Below are positions 35,499-47,979 of a stretch of DNA of 64,000 nucleotides, piece by piece. The position numbers were made by a program, and so were the translations under genes. Source of the DNA: Octopus sinensis (lineage: Eukaryota); NCBI RefSeq assembly GCF_006345805.1, contig NC_043011.1, positions 7,316,001-7,380,000 on the forward strand, written 5' to 3'. The first letter of the stretch is position 1; every line of letters starts with the position of its first letter. The notes under the pieces are model-generated. The model searched no databases and was not told the DNA's origin. It was given only the letters and a program-made list of their open reading frames with translations.

Positions 35499-35860
35499 TT
35501 ATTACTTCTGCTTTAGCAAAGGTGGTGGTATTGTTTTCAGTCACATTTGATTGTTTGCTTGTCCATGCACAAGATATCTCAAGAACTGCTGGATGGATTT
35601 GGATGAAACTTTCAGGGATGTTTGGCCTCATGACTAACATGAACTGATTAGATTTTAGGATCAATTCGATACTGGACAAGGACTCTGGGTTATTTTTCCT
35701 TAATTTTTGAGGGCAGTCAGGTTCATTTTTAGTATTCTCATTTATGAGAACTGTCGAGTTTATTTCAGATATTCTCATTTTAAAAATCACATCTGACTAA
35801 CCATTGAGAGGATATTGGTGTTGCCTTGCCAGAGGGTTGCACTCTCTGAGTGCTCTTGTT
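35499..35860 (+). mobile_element. Helentron/HINE-like non-autonomous element
   Basis: TTATTACTTCTGCTTTAGCAAAGG start, GAACTGCTGGATGGATTTGGATGAAACTT core and CCTTGCCAGAGG...GCACTCTCTGAGTGCTCTTGTT end resemble a widespread animal HINE-type layout (recalled, not searched). Confidence 0.5.
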
Positions 35861-35930
35861 ACTATTAATTTTATTAATGTACTTTTAACTTTAACGGCAG
35901 ACTGCATTCTTCTTTTTTAATGTTTCCATT

Positions 35931-36230
35931 CATCATCATCATCATCATCATCGTTTAACATCCGCTTTCCATGCTAGCATGGGTTGGACGGTTCGACCGG
36001 GGTCTGGGAAGCCAGGAGGCTGCACCAGGCTCCAGTCTGATCTGGCAGTGTTTCTACAGCTGGATGCCCTTCCTAACACCAACCACTCCGTGAGTGTAGT
36101 GGGTGCTTTTTACGTGTCACCAGCACAGGTGCCAGGGGAGACTGGCAGCGACCACAATCAGTTGGTGCTTTTTCACATGCCACCAGCATGGAAGCCAGTC
36201 AAGGTGGCGCTGGCATTGGCCACGTTTCCA
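35931..36230 (-). mobile_element. RTE R1 3' UTR fragment
   Basis: (CAT)n plus UTR motifs. Confidence 0.9.
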
Positions 36231-36829
36231 TTATGTTTTAAATATATAAAATTTCTTTGTATGTCCTTCCTTTTCTTTGGATGTTCTTAAATATATGTGT
36301 GTGTGTGTGTGTGTTTGTGTAATTGCATGTGTGTTTGTGCGTGTATGTGTTTATGGGTGTGTATGTATTTGTGTGTGTATGTATTTTATTTGTGTGTGTG
36401 TGTTTGTATTTGTGTGTGTGTATGTCCCCGTAACTAACCAGTTCAGCAAAAGAGACCAATAAAATAAGAACCTGGCTTAACAAATAATAAGTCCAGGGGT
36501 TGATTCCTTCAACTAGGACTCTTCAAGGCAATGGTGCCCCAGCAGGGCCACAGTCTAATGACTGACACTTGCTAAAGAATTAAAGACTATTCTAATTGTT
36601 GCTTCCATAGTTTCTGAGTGTCCACTTCCACTGTTAATGAGGGTGTCTTCATTAAAAAATGTAATCAAGTACTTCTATAGGGTTGCTGGTTAACCCTTTC
36701 AACCCGGAATTTCTTCTCAGGGATTTTTTCTCAAGTCGGTAATGGCGGGGTGGGGTGGGGTGGGGGTGAGAATAGTGGGGTCTGTATGCATGAGAGCCTT
36801 TTGAGCTGTCATTATAGTGTCATATACTA

Positions 36830-37030
36830 AGGTGGTGAGCTGGTAAAATGCTTAGTGGCATTTAGTTCGTCTGTATGCTCTGAGTTCAAATTCCTCCAAG
36901 GTCGACTTTGCCTTTCGTCCTTACAGGTCGATAAATTAAGTACGAATTGTGCACTGGGGGTCAATCTAATCGACTGGAACTGCCCCCCCTCCCAAAATTT
37001 CAGGCCTTGTGCCTAGAATAGAAAAGATTA
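36830..37030 (+). mobile_element. SINE B (alternative tail)
   Basis: Family B body followed by CCAAAATTTCAGGCCTTGTGCCTAGAATAGAAAAG, as at 23375. Confidence 0.8.
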
Positions 37031-37511
37031 CAGTGTCGTATACTCCGATCATACATCTGGTGCTACATGCTTACCAGAAAAACCAGAGTGGTACTATACT
37101 CTATCACACAGGTTGTAAAAGTTTGGACTGGTTCTAATATGTACTAGCCAGGCCAAAAGGGTCAAAGAGACCCTTTCGTCACTGGTGTTCTGACTGTGAA
37201 ATACTCCGGTCACCTGCCACATACAGGCTCTTTTCTCTGTAAGAGCCTGTTTATGGGTATATTCTACATCTGTGCACCCATATCTTATATTGAGTACACC
37301 ATAACAGAACTTGCATAGTTAAACATGTAATAAGGTGGTTTTGTAACCAATGACAGGTACCCAGAATGAATTGTGTATTAGATAGGTAGAAGAAGGGACA
37401 AGCGAAAAAGGTTTGTGTGAGAGGGAAGATGTGGGGGAGAGACAGAGAGATGGATAAGGAGGGGTACTGGGAGAGAGATGGGGTGAGGGAATTAGAGGAG
37501 AAAGAGAGGGA

Positions 37512-37550
<39 letters not shown>

Positions 37551-38319
37551 AGCCAGATGAAAGAAAGGTGGAGTAGGAAATGTAATTTGGAGTGAGAGAG
37601 AGAGAGAGAGAGAGAATTGTTAGAGAAAGAGAAAGAGAGAGAGAGAGAGCACTGTTAGAGAAAGATGAAATGGGAGATATAGTAAGGAAAGAAAGAGAGA
37701 TCACAAATGGGAGTAGTGGGGAGAGAGAGAGAGAGAGAATACAAGTGAGAGAGGGAGATGTGTTGAGAAATAAAGAGAGGAGCATTTAGCAAGAGAGAGA
37801 GAGAGAGTCTGTTGTTATTTATATTATCTCAAAACTATCTTATCTTGTCAGTTTAGCATTGGTGGTTCATAACTAGCCAAGTCAAGCAAACATTCAAATC
37901 AAGACAAGTCACATACCACCCTCCCTCCACCCCACCCCGCATACCCTTCATTTGATACCAAAACTATTAGGTTACTTTATTCCAGGTGCAACAAGAGACT
38001 TTGAATGATAAGCCACAAACCACCAGGTATTGTCCACTTTTTATCAGGTTAAAAACATTCCACATTTGATACTGTCAATGACCCCACCCACCCCGGTACA
38101 ACAACGAAAAACTAGAAGAGATTTGATACTTGGCATCAATAATTCAAACTAGAAACGGTCTCACCTCAGCGACTGACTGAAGCATTACATAACTCAAATG
38201 CCATTTAAACCTTAGCTTCTATTTCATGGAGCATACAATGTGACTATGGCTTCATGAAGGGCAAGATTCTGCACAGTCAGGGTTCTAATTAAGGTGTTTG
38301 ATCTTCTAAAACTCAGCCA

Positions 38320-38700
38320 TTTGGCTGTGGCCATGCTGGAGCACCACCTTTAGTCGAACAAATCAACCCCAGGACTTATTCTTTGTAAGCCGAGTACTTA
38401 TTCTATCGGTGTCTTTTGCCAAACTGCTAAGTTATGGGGATGTAAATGCACCAACCTTGGTTGTCAAGCGATGGTGGTGGTGGTGGTGGAGGGGGACAAA
38501 CATAGACATACAAACACACACACACACACACGCGCGCGCACACACACACACATATGACAGGCTTCTTTCAGTTTCCATCTACAAAATCTACTCACAAAGC
38601 TTTGATTGGCCTGAGGCTATAGTAGAAGACACTTGCCCACGGTGCCACCACGCCATGGGACTGAACCCAGAACCATGTGGTTGGTAAGCAAGCTTCTTTA
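38320..38700 (-). mobile_element. SINE A
   Basis: Family A reverse complement. Confidence 0.85.
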
Positions 38701-39508
38701 TTTCATTACCTTTGCCATAAAGGCATAATACAGATGGAAGCTTGCTGGCTGGACACAGACACAATGATGATGATGAAATGAAAAATGGGATGGTTGGTGG
38801 GGGAACAGCCAATGCCCACCGAATGTTACTTCCCAATAATATTGTTCTTTTTAAAAACACAAATGAGGGGTTAAACCTCTTACAACAATTACTAATTGAG
38901 GCACTGAGCCTCTTACCAATCCAAAAAAGTTCAGCAAATATATTCAAATTGAGGCGCTAATCCTTTTACCAAAATCTCCAAGTTTGAATCGAGGCACTAA
39001 GACCTCTTACTCTACCTCCCCGATTAAGTCTCTTGCCACCTGCAGGGGTCCCATAAGATGCAATTATATTCATTCTTGGTAAAGGAATCCATCACCCTGT
39101 AAAAATAATTTTCCTCCATGACCTCCACAGCCACTTGCAGAAGCCAATCCAGGCTTTCAGGATCTCCTCTTCCCGACCTTCCAGATTCCTCACAAAGTTC
39201 TCTATGGCCCCTCCCTTAAGAAAGATCATAAATTCCTGATTTATTGTACTGGGAGGGGCCAGTTTCCTCCGTTGGTGGCACAATTTCCACCGAAAAGGTT
39301 TCACTGGTTTTAATCAAAACTTGTTAGTTACTATGGTGACAACACTACCTACCTATCTATATACCTACCTACCTGCTTGCCTGCCTGTCTGTCTGTCTGC
39401 TATCCTGCCTGTCTGCCTGCTATCCTGCCTGTCTGTCTGTCTCTCTATCTGTCTATCTATCTGCTTGTCTGTTTGTCTCTCTGTTTATCTATCTGTCTGT
39501 CTATCTAA

Positions 39509-39545
<37 letters not shown>

Positions 39546-40734
39546 ACACAATTTCCTTCTCCATCCTACTCTCTCTCTCTCTCTTACTGTATTTTCTCTC
39601 GACAACTTTTCTCCTCCCCTTCTTCTTAATATATGTTGTGACAGGGTTATCTCTGTTTTAGTGAAATGGTATACCCCTTCCCACATGGCAAAGTGGTATG
39701 ATCCAGCCACTATAAAGTTGAAGCCAGTCAGCAGTAGTAGATTCGTGGTACAACTTCTCAATTGGAAGCAGTGTCAGTTACGCGATACATACGATATGAA
39801 TACTGTACACAACTATCTCCACTTTCGATTCCTCCCCTTCTTTCCACCATCTAATAGATGCTGTGATAGACGGACATGCAGAAATAAGCTTCTCTTTTAT
39901 ACTATTTGTACATGTATGTGTGCATGTAATCACTATTATAATCACAGCCATTACTATTTTTATCACCACCACCGCCGCCGCCACCACAATGGCCACTGCC
40001 AACACCACCACTACAATTATTACCCTCCTAGATTCTTGTCATTCTTTATACCTAGAAACGTAACAAAATTTCTAACCATACCAAAATAGATGTGACGTAA
40101 ATAATCAGGTTGTAAATGCCGTTGGAATTCTCCAAAATGAGAAGAATTCCATTTCCTGATCAACAATTATTTATTATTTTTGTCAATCTCCAACTGATGG
40201 AATTAGTAAAGAAAATAGTATAATAGATAAAGGGTATTGGGTGCAGGCGTGGCTGTGTGGTAGGAGGTTGCTTCCCATCTACAGGGTTCTGGGTTCAGTT
40301 TCACTGCTTGGCACCTTGGGCAAGTGTTTTCTTCTCTAGCCTCAGGATGACCAAAGCCCTGTGAGTAGATTTGGCTGATGGAAACTGAAAGAAGCCCATC
40401 ATATATATATATATATATATATATACTTATATATATATATGTGTGTGTGTTTATATATATTTATATATATATATGTGTTTATAAATATATATATAGGGAG
40501 AGTTTACGATATATATATACTGGAGCACCAACTTAAAGGGTTTTAGTCAAACAAATTGCCCCCAGGATTTCTTTTTTAAGCTTAGTACTTATTCCATCAG
40601 TGTCTTTTGCTGAACCACTAAGTTATGGGTGTGTAAACACACCAACGCCAGTTATCAAGCGGTGTGGGGGAGGACAAACACTGACACAAAGGCACACTCA
40701 CATAGATATACAAATATATATATGTGTGTATGTA

Positions 40735-40772
<38 letters not shown>

Positions 40773-40947
40773 ATAAATATTAGGGAATAAATCCAAATTA
40801 CAGGGAAAAAAATCAGATTTAGGATTAAATCCAATTTTATAGTAAAATATTATAAAATATTATTAGAGACAAAACCACTATTTTGCAAAACAACAAGGAA
40901 AGACTAAATCAATACATAAAATTTTAATAAATAGTCAAAAAAAACCG

Positions 40948-40990
40948 CCACTACAATCGTTTCTTGTCTTGATCGACAATCTTCAGGTGG
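40948..40990 (-). ncRNA. Minimal type I HHR (left arm)
   Basis: CCAC-CTGAAGA-TTGTC-GATCAA-GACAA-GAAA-C-GATT-G-TA-GTGG. Confidence 0.8.
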
Positions 40991-41034
40991 ACTTCCAATA
41001 AGTCAGTTTCAAATGAAACTGACTTATTGGAAGT

Positions 41035-41077
41035 CCACCTGAAGATTGTCGATCAAGACAAGAAACGATTGTAGTGG
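41035..41077 (+). ncRNA. Minimal type I HHR (right arm)
   Basis: Identical motif; CTGAAGA (41039-45), GAAA (41062-65), cut after 41073. Confidence 0.8.
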
Positions 41078-41860
41078 CGTTTTTTTTGACTATTTATTAA
41101 AATTTTATGTATTGATTTAGTCTTTCCTTGTTTGTTTTGCAAAATAGTGGTTTTGTCTCTAATAATATTTTATATATATATATATATATATACATTGAAA
41201 CTGATGATGTTTTAGAGAGAGAGAAAGAGAGAGGGAGAGAGAGAAGGAGAAGTACAAATTAAAAGAAAGGTGCAACTTCCTTTCTAATTTGTTACTCCCG
41301 CCTGCTGTCTCCCCCACTCTCTCTAAAACATCAATTTTATATAAAAAGGTGGAGCAAACTGACCGTAAACCACTTTTTTGATAAATTTGATAACAGAAGA
41401 AAGCGCTAACATGTACTTATCACGCACCTAGTAGTTTCCTGTACATGCATACATTCATCAGTCGCCAATTGCACCGTACTCCCAAAACTTTAGTTTAAAC
41501 AGAGGAACAGTTTAGAACTGACACAAAGATAAAACATGTCTAATGGAAGCTACCACCGTGATGACTAAAATAAAATAAAATAAAAAATATAATATAAAAA
41601 TGTTAAAAACCTCTGATTGTCACAGACCAGGTAAGACAACTTACTTTGGAATCCCTGAGAATGGTAGATATCAATATTGCTCAATTATTGTGGTTTAATG
41701 ACACCATGTATTTGAATAATTTGAATCATCTCATAATGAAATGAATTATGAATCACTTTTCTATGATTTATATGTAAATAGAGTGAAGTCTATTTGGTGA
41801 TGTGCTGAGGCATAGCACATGTGAAAGGAAATTATTATTGATTGCATACACATAGTCTAT

Positions 41861-42280
41861 CATCATCGTTGTTCGACCGTGGTCGAGACAATGGAATTTA
41901 CCATGCTACGCCAGACTTCACGGTCCATCATGGCATTACGGAGGTCCTGTTGCTGGATGCCTGTATCCCTGGAGATTACATCAGGGTAGGAGAGTGTGCG
42001 CCCTCTGGTATTGCGAGTAGATGGCTTCCAGAGGAGAAGAGTAGAAATTACCTTGTTTCCAGCTCTACAACAATGTCCAGCAAACTGGACTCTCCTACCT
42101 TCCACAAGAGATGACACAGGTGGTAGTTTCCCATATATTTGCATTTTGGTTGGATGACGCTTCCACGAGAGATTTTGGGCTCTCATAAGGAGGCGGGTGT
42201 AGGTTCCATCCAACCGACTCTCAAGCTTCTTTGATAACGTCCAGGTTTCTGAGCCATATAGTAGAATTCAAACCAATTCT
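41861..42280 (-). mobile_element. RTE-clade R2, 5'-truncated insertion with 11-bp TSD
   Basis: TSD ACATAGTCTAT at 41850-60 and 42281-91; ILLYGSETWTLSKKLESRLDGTYTRLLMR...TTVEQR*. Confidence 0.9.
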
Positions 42281-42652
42281 ACATAGTCTATGTATTTTGT
42301 TTAGATGCCATTTTGCTGCAGGACAGCATCTAGGGAATGCTTCTCAGACAATGCTGAATGTTAAAGGGTACCTAAATGCCACAGATATATCGTCGTCATC
42401 ATCATCATTGTTTAATGCCCACTTTGCAATGCTTGCAAAGAATTTGTTGGACAGAATTTGTTGATTCGGGTTTTCTGTGGCTGGATGCTCTTCCAGTCAC
42501 CAAGCCTCACCTGTTTCCAAGTAAGATTATATATTTCCCCATGACCGGACATGCTCTTGCAGAATATCGGAAAGGAATGACATTGCTTGTGTGGCAGTGA
42601 TGCTCATTTACGACTATCATGTCATATCAAAGGCAGGGAAATACAAATGCAT

Positions 42653-42690
<38 letters not shown>

Positions 42691-42829
42691 ACAATGGACT
42701 TCTTTCAGTTTCCATCTACCAAATCCACTTTTGTTGGCTCAAGGCTATAGCAGAAGATGTTGACCCAAGGTATTGTGAAATGAGACTGAACCTGTCCTGT
42801 GTGTATATATATATATACATATATATATA

Positions 42830-45800
42830 TAGCAGCCATTATATCGGCCTATGCCCCACAGCCAGGGATACCCGATGGACAGAAAGACCGATTCTATGAC
42901 ACCCTACTGCAGACTACCTCATTGACGAATGACAGGGACCTTCTCTTTGTGGCTGGTGACTTCTATGGGCATGTTGGACGACATGCTGGGTGCTTCCATG
43001 GCATACATGGAGGCTATGGTTATGGTTCCCGTAACGAGGAGGGAACCAGGCTGCTGGAGTTCTGCGATGCAAATGATCTTATGGTCTGCAACACTAACTT
43101 CAGGAAACCTACCAGCCACCTAGTCACCTACCGATCGGGCCGACATACTAGCCAAATCGACTGCATCCTTGCCAGAAAAAGGGAAAGATGGCTGCTTATA
43201 AATGCCAAAACCTTCCCAGGCGAAGAAAGTACCCCACAACATAGACTGGTAGTTAGTGACTTTAGGATCAGGACTAAGAGGACGACCAACATGGAGAAGA
43301 AGGGTCTGGAAGCTTAAAGATCCTGCGAATGGACAGAGATTTAGAGACATATTACTTGAAGCCTTTGACGAAATAGAAGGGGGATAGCTTCACATGGGGT
43401 AGAAGGCAACTGGAGGTTTCTAAGGGACAACATGCTGAGAGCTACTGACCAGATCTGTGGTTGGTGCAAAGTCCCCTCTAGATCCAAAATAACGTGGTGG
43501 TGGAACAATGTTGTTGACAGGGCTATTAGACAAAAGAAACAGGCTTGGAAGGACTGGAAGAACGGTGGTAGCAGGGAAGTGCATCAGACTGCCAGAAGGG
43601 AAGCTAGAAGGCAGGTGTATTTAGCCAGAAGGGAAGCAGATAAGAAAAAATTTGCCAATGTTCTGCGCCGTGAGGACAAAAGACTTGAGGTACTTCGTGT
43701 TGCAAGACAATGTGTGAGAGAGAATCGTGATGTTGTAGGAGAGAAATGTGTTCGCATGGATGGTGGTTCACTTGCGCTAAATAAGGATGCAAAGAGAGGG
43801 GTTTGGAGACGCCACTATGAAAGGTTGCTGAATAAAGAAAATGAATGGGATAAAGAGTCTGCCGAATGTCGACCCAACAGAGGGACCAGCTATCCGAGTT
43901 GACAGTTCCTTGGTAGTTAAGGCAATTAGAAGCATGAAGACAGGGAAAGCCCCAGGCCCATCAGGAATTACTGCAGAGATGCTCAAAATATCTGGCAGCG
44001 TCGGCTATAGCCTAGTCACCTGTATAGTTAACCAGGTGATACATGAAGGAGTCATTCCCAATGACTGGTGTAGCAGCATAATAGTCAACTGCTACAAAGG
44101 TAAAGGTGACGCCCTAGATACAAATAACTACAGGGGTATCAAGCTGTTGGATCAGGTAATGAAGGTTATGGAGAGGATCATAGACCAACTAATTAGAGAG
44201 AGAGAGTTAGTTCAGATGAGATGCAGTTTGGTTTCGTGCCAGGGAAAAGTACCACTGATGCTATATTCCTGGTAAGGCAGCTGCAGGAGAAATACCTAGC
44301 CAAAGATAAGCCCCTGTACCTGGCTTTTGTTGACATGGGGAAAGCCTTCGACATGGTCCCCCGATCCCTTATCTGGTGGTCAATGAGGAAACTAGGGATA
44401 GTTAGAGCTGTACGAGCCATGTACAGGGATGCTGTTAGTAAGGTGAGGATTGGCAACGAGTACAGTGAAGAATTCCGGGTAGAGGTAGGGTTCCACCAAG
44501 GTTCAGTCCTCAGCTCCCTCCTATTTATCATAGTCCTTCAGGCAATAACGGAGGAATTCAAGACAGGATGCCCCTGGGAGCTCCTCTATGCTGATGACCT
44601 TGCTCTAATTGCTGAGTCACTATCAGAACTGAAGGAGAAGTTTCAGGTGTGGAAGCAAGGATTAGAATCGAAGCGCCTTAGAGTCAACCTAGCTAAAACC
44701 AAAGTCCTAATAAGTAGGAAGGTTGACAAATCACAAGCACCTTCAGGTAGATGGCCCTGCTCGATCTGTAGAAAAGGCGTAGGTAGAAACTCTATAAGAT
44801 GCACCAAGTGTAAGCTATGGACACATAAGAGGTGCAGCAATGTTAAAGTAAGGCTAACTAGGAAAATAGTTTTTGTATGTGGCAGATGCTCAGGAGCAAT
44901 AAACACTGAAAATGTGCAGAGACCAACTGCCGCCACATTCCATGGAGAAAAACTAGAAATAGTTGATAGCTTCTGTTACCTAGGTGACCAAGTCAGTAGC
45001 AGGGGTGGGTGTGCTGAAAGTGTAACTGCTAGAGTAAGAATAGCCTGGGCAAAGTTCAGAGAGCTCTTACCTCTGCTGGTGACAAAAGGCCTCTCACTCA
45101 GAGTAAAAGGCAGACTGTATGATGCATGTGTACGAACAGCCAGGCTACATGGCAGTGAAACATGGGCCGTAACTGCTGAGGATATGCATAAGCTTGCAAA
45201 AAATGAAGCCAGTATGCTCCGATGGATGTGTAATGTCAGTGTTCATACTCGACAGAGTGTAAGTACCTTGAGAGAAAAGTTGGACCTAAGAAGCATCAGT
45301 TGTGGTGTGCAAGAGAGACGTTTGTGCTGGTATGGTCATGTGGCAAGAATGGATGAAGAAAGTTGTGTGAAAAAGTGCCACACCCTAGCGGTTGAGGGAA
45401 CCTGTGGAAGAGGTAGATCCAGGAAAACCTGGGACAAGGTGGTGAGGCACAACCTTTGAACTTTAGGGCTCACCGAGGAAATGACTTGAGACCGAGACCT
45501 ATGGAAGTATGTTGTGCGTGAGAAGACCCGGCAGGACAAGTGAGACCATAACCCGTGGCCTCTACCTAGGATGTAGCCAGTCCACTTATGCATACCTTTC
45601 CTTCTTGGGACACAAAACTCTACTTGTGAAGACCTGTTGCGGCAAGTGAGAAATCAGAATCAAAATTAAAATCGAAATCGATCAACATGAATGGAAATTG
45701 TAGCTGTCATACCAGTGCCGGTGACATGTAAGAGAACCATCTGAACGAGGCTGTTGCCAGCACTGCCCCGACTGGCCCCGGTGGCACGTAAAAAGCACCA

Positions 45801-46024
45801 TCCAATCGTGGCCGTTTGCCAGCCTCATCTGGCACCTGTGCCGGTGGCACGTAAAAAGCACCCACTACACTCACGGAGTGGTTGGCATTAGGAAGGGCAT
45901 GTAGCTGTAGAAACATTGCCAGATCAGACTGGGCCTGGTTCAGCCTTCTGGCTTCCCAGACCCCAGTTGAACCGTCCAACACATGCTAGCATGGAAAGCG
46001 GATGCTACACGATGATGATGATGA

Positions 46025-46028
<4 letters not shown>
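42830..46028 (+). mobile_element. RTE-clade LINE R1, near full-length, 5'-truncated within EN, frameshifted
   Basis: EN motifs (IISAYAPQ, VAGDF, SQIDCIL, QHRLVV) in 42799-43317. RT motifs (YRGIKLL, QFGF, QGSVLS, LYADDL) in 43841-45459. About 550-bp 3' UTR, (GAT)n tail, (TA)n on both flanks. Confidence 0.97.
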
Positions 46029-46061
<33 letters not shown>

Positions 46062-46415
46062 AATATAAGAGAGTAACCACCATGTGGTCGACTCTAGCAC
46101 TAAAAATTGATCCGGTAGGTTTCAGCCACGACGAATTGTTTCCGATGAAAGTTAGCACGACTAATAGCGTAAACGAACAGGGCAAATAAACATAACAAAA
46201 ATGCAGATTAGTTCAGGACAATTGTTTCGCTATTAATAAACTATGTAATTTTACTCACATAACATATCTGAAAGTATCCCTTCATGAGGTTAACACAACC
46301 TCTAATCGAATATGTATAAGTATAGGGGAAGAATTCACAAAAAAACAAAAGACAAAGACAGGTGGTGTAAACAACAAACAGATGTATTAGTTTAATGCTC
46401 GGGAATTGGAAAAGT

Positions 46416-46451
46416 CTTTAACATTTCGAGCCTATGCTCTTCCACAGAAAG
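46416..46451 (-). ncRNA. Family D atypical HHR-like motif
   Basis: CTTT-CTGTGGAA-GAGC-ATAG-GCTC-GAAA-TG-TT-AAAG. Confidence 0.4.
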
Positions 46452-47497
46452 GAACACAGAAAGAAACAAGGAGAGAAAAAATGTGTGTAGTGGCTTGCAA
46501 CCTATCATGGCGAATGCCGGACAGAGGGGTCACACAGGAGAGCTAGGAAGAAGAGGAGATAATAAAGTAGTGGTGATCCCAAAACGAAGGTACGTGTGCA
46601 TGTGTATGAGAGTATGTATGTATGTGTGTGTGAGGAAGAGAGCTGGTGACCTTGACGTGTGCGTGTGTGGATGTGGGGTTGCGAAGGGGTCAGTGCTAAT
46701 GTGTGAGTGGTGGTGTGATGTGATGTGTTGTGTGGTATGGTATGGTGGTGTATGGTGTAGTGGTGTGTGGTGTAGTGTGATGGTGTTGGGAGGTGGGGGA
46801 GGCGAGAGTGGGGTAAGCAAGGGTGGGGTGTGGGTTAGGCTGAGGGTGGCGTATGTGGGTAGGCTGAGAGTGGGGGTAGAGGTGGGCTATATGGGAGTGG
46901 GTGTAATGGGTGGGGTGGGTTGGATAGGGAAGATGGGGTTGGATTGTGTAGGGGTGGGGTGGGTTAGGAAGGAGGGGTGACGATGAAGGGGGAAGAGAGA
47001 AGGTGGGTAGGAGTGAAGAGCAGAGAGGAGAGTAGGAGTGAAGAGAAGATGTAGGAGTCGCAGCAAGAGAGGAGACGTGGATGGGAGGAAGTAGGTGTGA
47101 GAGGGAGTGAGAAGAGGGGAGGAGAGTTGAGCCCGTGTGACGCAAAGAAGCGAAGAGAGAAGATTAATCCCCTGTTCACGGCGCAAACGGGATTCCGGTT
47201 GGCTCTTGTGCAAGGGTGTGTGCGTTATTCATACATATATATGTATTTATGCACGTGACCTTACCCTAATTCCTGCCAGACATTCCTTATGAATTGTGCT
47301 AACGATGTTTTTAATCTTCCAATAAAGAAAAGAATAAATATGCCTGGGTAATTGTTGAATGATTGAAGTAAATTTTCAAGATTTTTACTTCTACAGAAAA
47401 CACGAAATTATAATTACACTTTTGATATTCCGTAGTTTTTCTGTCTTGTTTTTTTTTTCAAACAATACTGCTGCAAAGATGTATCTTATTGAAACGA

Positions 47498-47512
47498 CCA
47501 AGAGATGGCGCT
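47498..47512 (+). promoter_or_regulatory. CTCF-like motif in a putative promoter region
   Basis: CCAAGAGATGGCGCT versus consensus CCASYAGRKGGCRSY (2 mismatches); repeat-poor region about 220 bp upstream of the candidate ATG. Confidence 0.35.
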
Positions 47513-47733
47513 ATCTAGGTGTTGTGATTGAGGCATAGAATGATAATAAAATTAAGTAACATCATTACTATGACAGAAGATGTGACCGACTAAAGGAGTA
47601 TTTCGTAAGATAAGACCGCAGCAGTTGTAACAACAGGAGGCAACAACAATCAGTACCTTACCACCACCACCACCAACAACAACAACAATTATAAGTACTT
47701 TAAACCGGTTCCGTTAATATTCGAGTGTCATAA

Positions 47734-47769
47734 ATGGCTCTCGTCTTAGGATTACGATATGTCACAAAG
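47734..47769 (+). CDS. Candidate first coding exon, MALVLGLRYVTK, phase 0; product unknown
   Basis: Kozak-like TAAATGG start, strong donor AAG|GTAAGA, unique relatively CpG-containing context. No downstream exon identified. Confidence 0.35.
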
Positions 47770-47979
47770 GTAAGAAGTTCACCGAATAGAAAGAAGGTTG
47801 CCATAAATACCCAGCAACAAGAATATTTCATGAGTGAATGAACGAATGTGTGTGTGTGTGTGTGTGTGTATTTAAGTATGTGTGCATGTGAATCAAATAT
47901 ATGTAATATCTTTCGTCTGTACATGTAAATGCGCGCAGGTAATATATATATATATATATATATAATATATATACATACA

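Larger units (their letters stand above)
40851..41174. repeat. 324-bp palindrome (about 161-bp arms, 2-nt spacer): inverted PLE-type pseudo-LTR pair
   Basis: Centre GTTTCA-AA-TGAAAC (spacer 41012-13); only two compensating 1-nt indels seen; an HHR on each arm; (TA)n at the right end. Confidence 0.95.

Noticed and set aside
38895-39010. Three degenerate GAGGC(A/G)CT...CT(C/T)TTAC motifs
   Set aside because: Irregular spacing and low identity; treated as an eroded minisatellite.
39092-39304. 70-aa minus ORF, possibly a LINE C-terminus or an exon
   Set aside because: No diagnostic motif; cannot be assigned by eye.
39661-40089. 142-aa ORF in unique sequence
   Set aside because: No recognisable domain, and the tail is a CAT/CAC repeat.
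41645-41660. Minus-strand 10-nt microexon (CAG|GGATTCCAAA|GTAAGT)
   Set aside because: Splice-like motifs occur by chance at this scale; no gene context.
46120-46300. Hammerhead halves (CCGATGAA on plus; GAAACAATTGTC on minus)
   Set aside because: No strand carries both halves with pairing stems.
46480-47150. G/V-rich and S/P/H-rich ORFs
   Set aside because: Low-complexity GT/GA-rich sequence.
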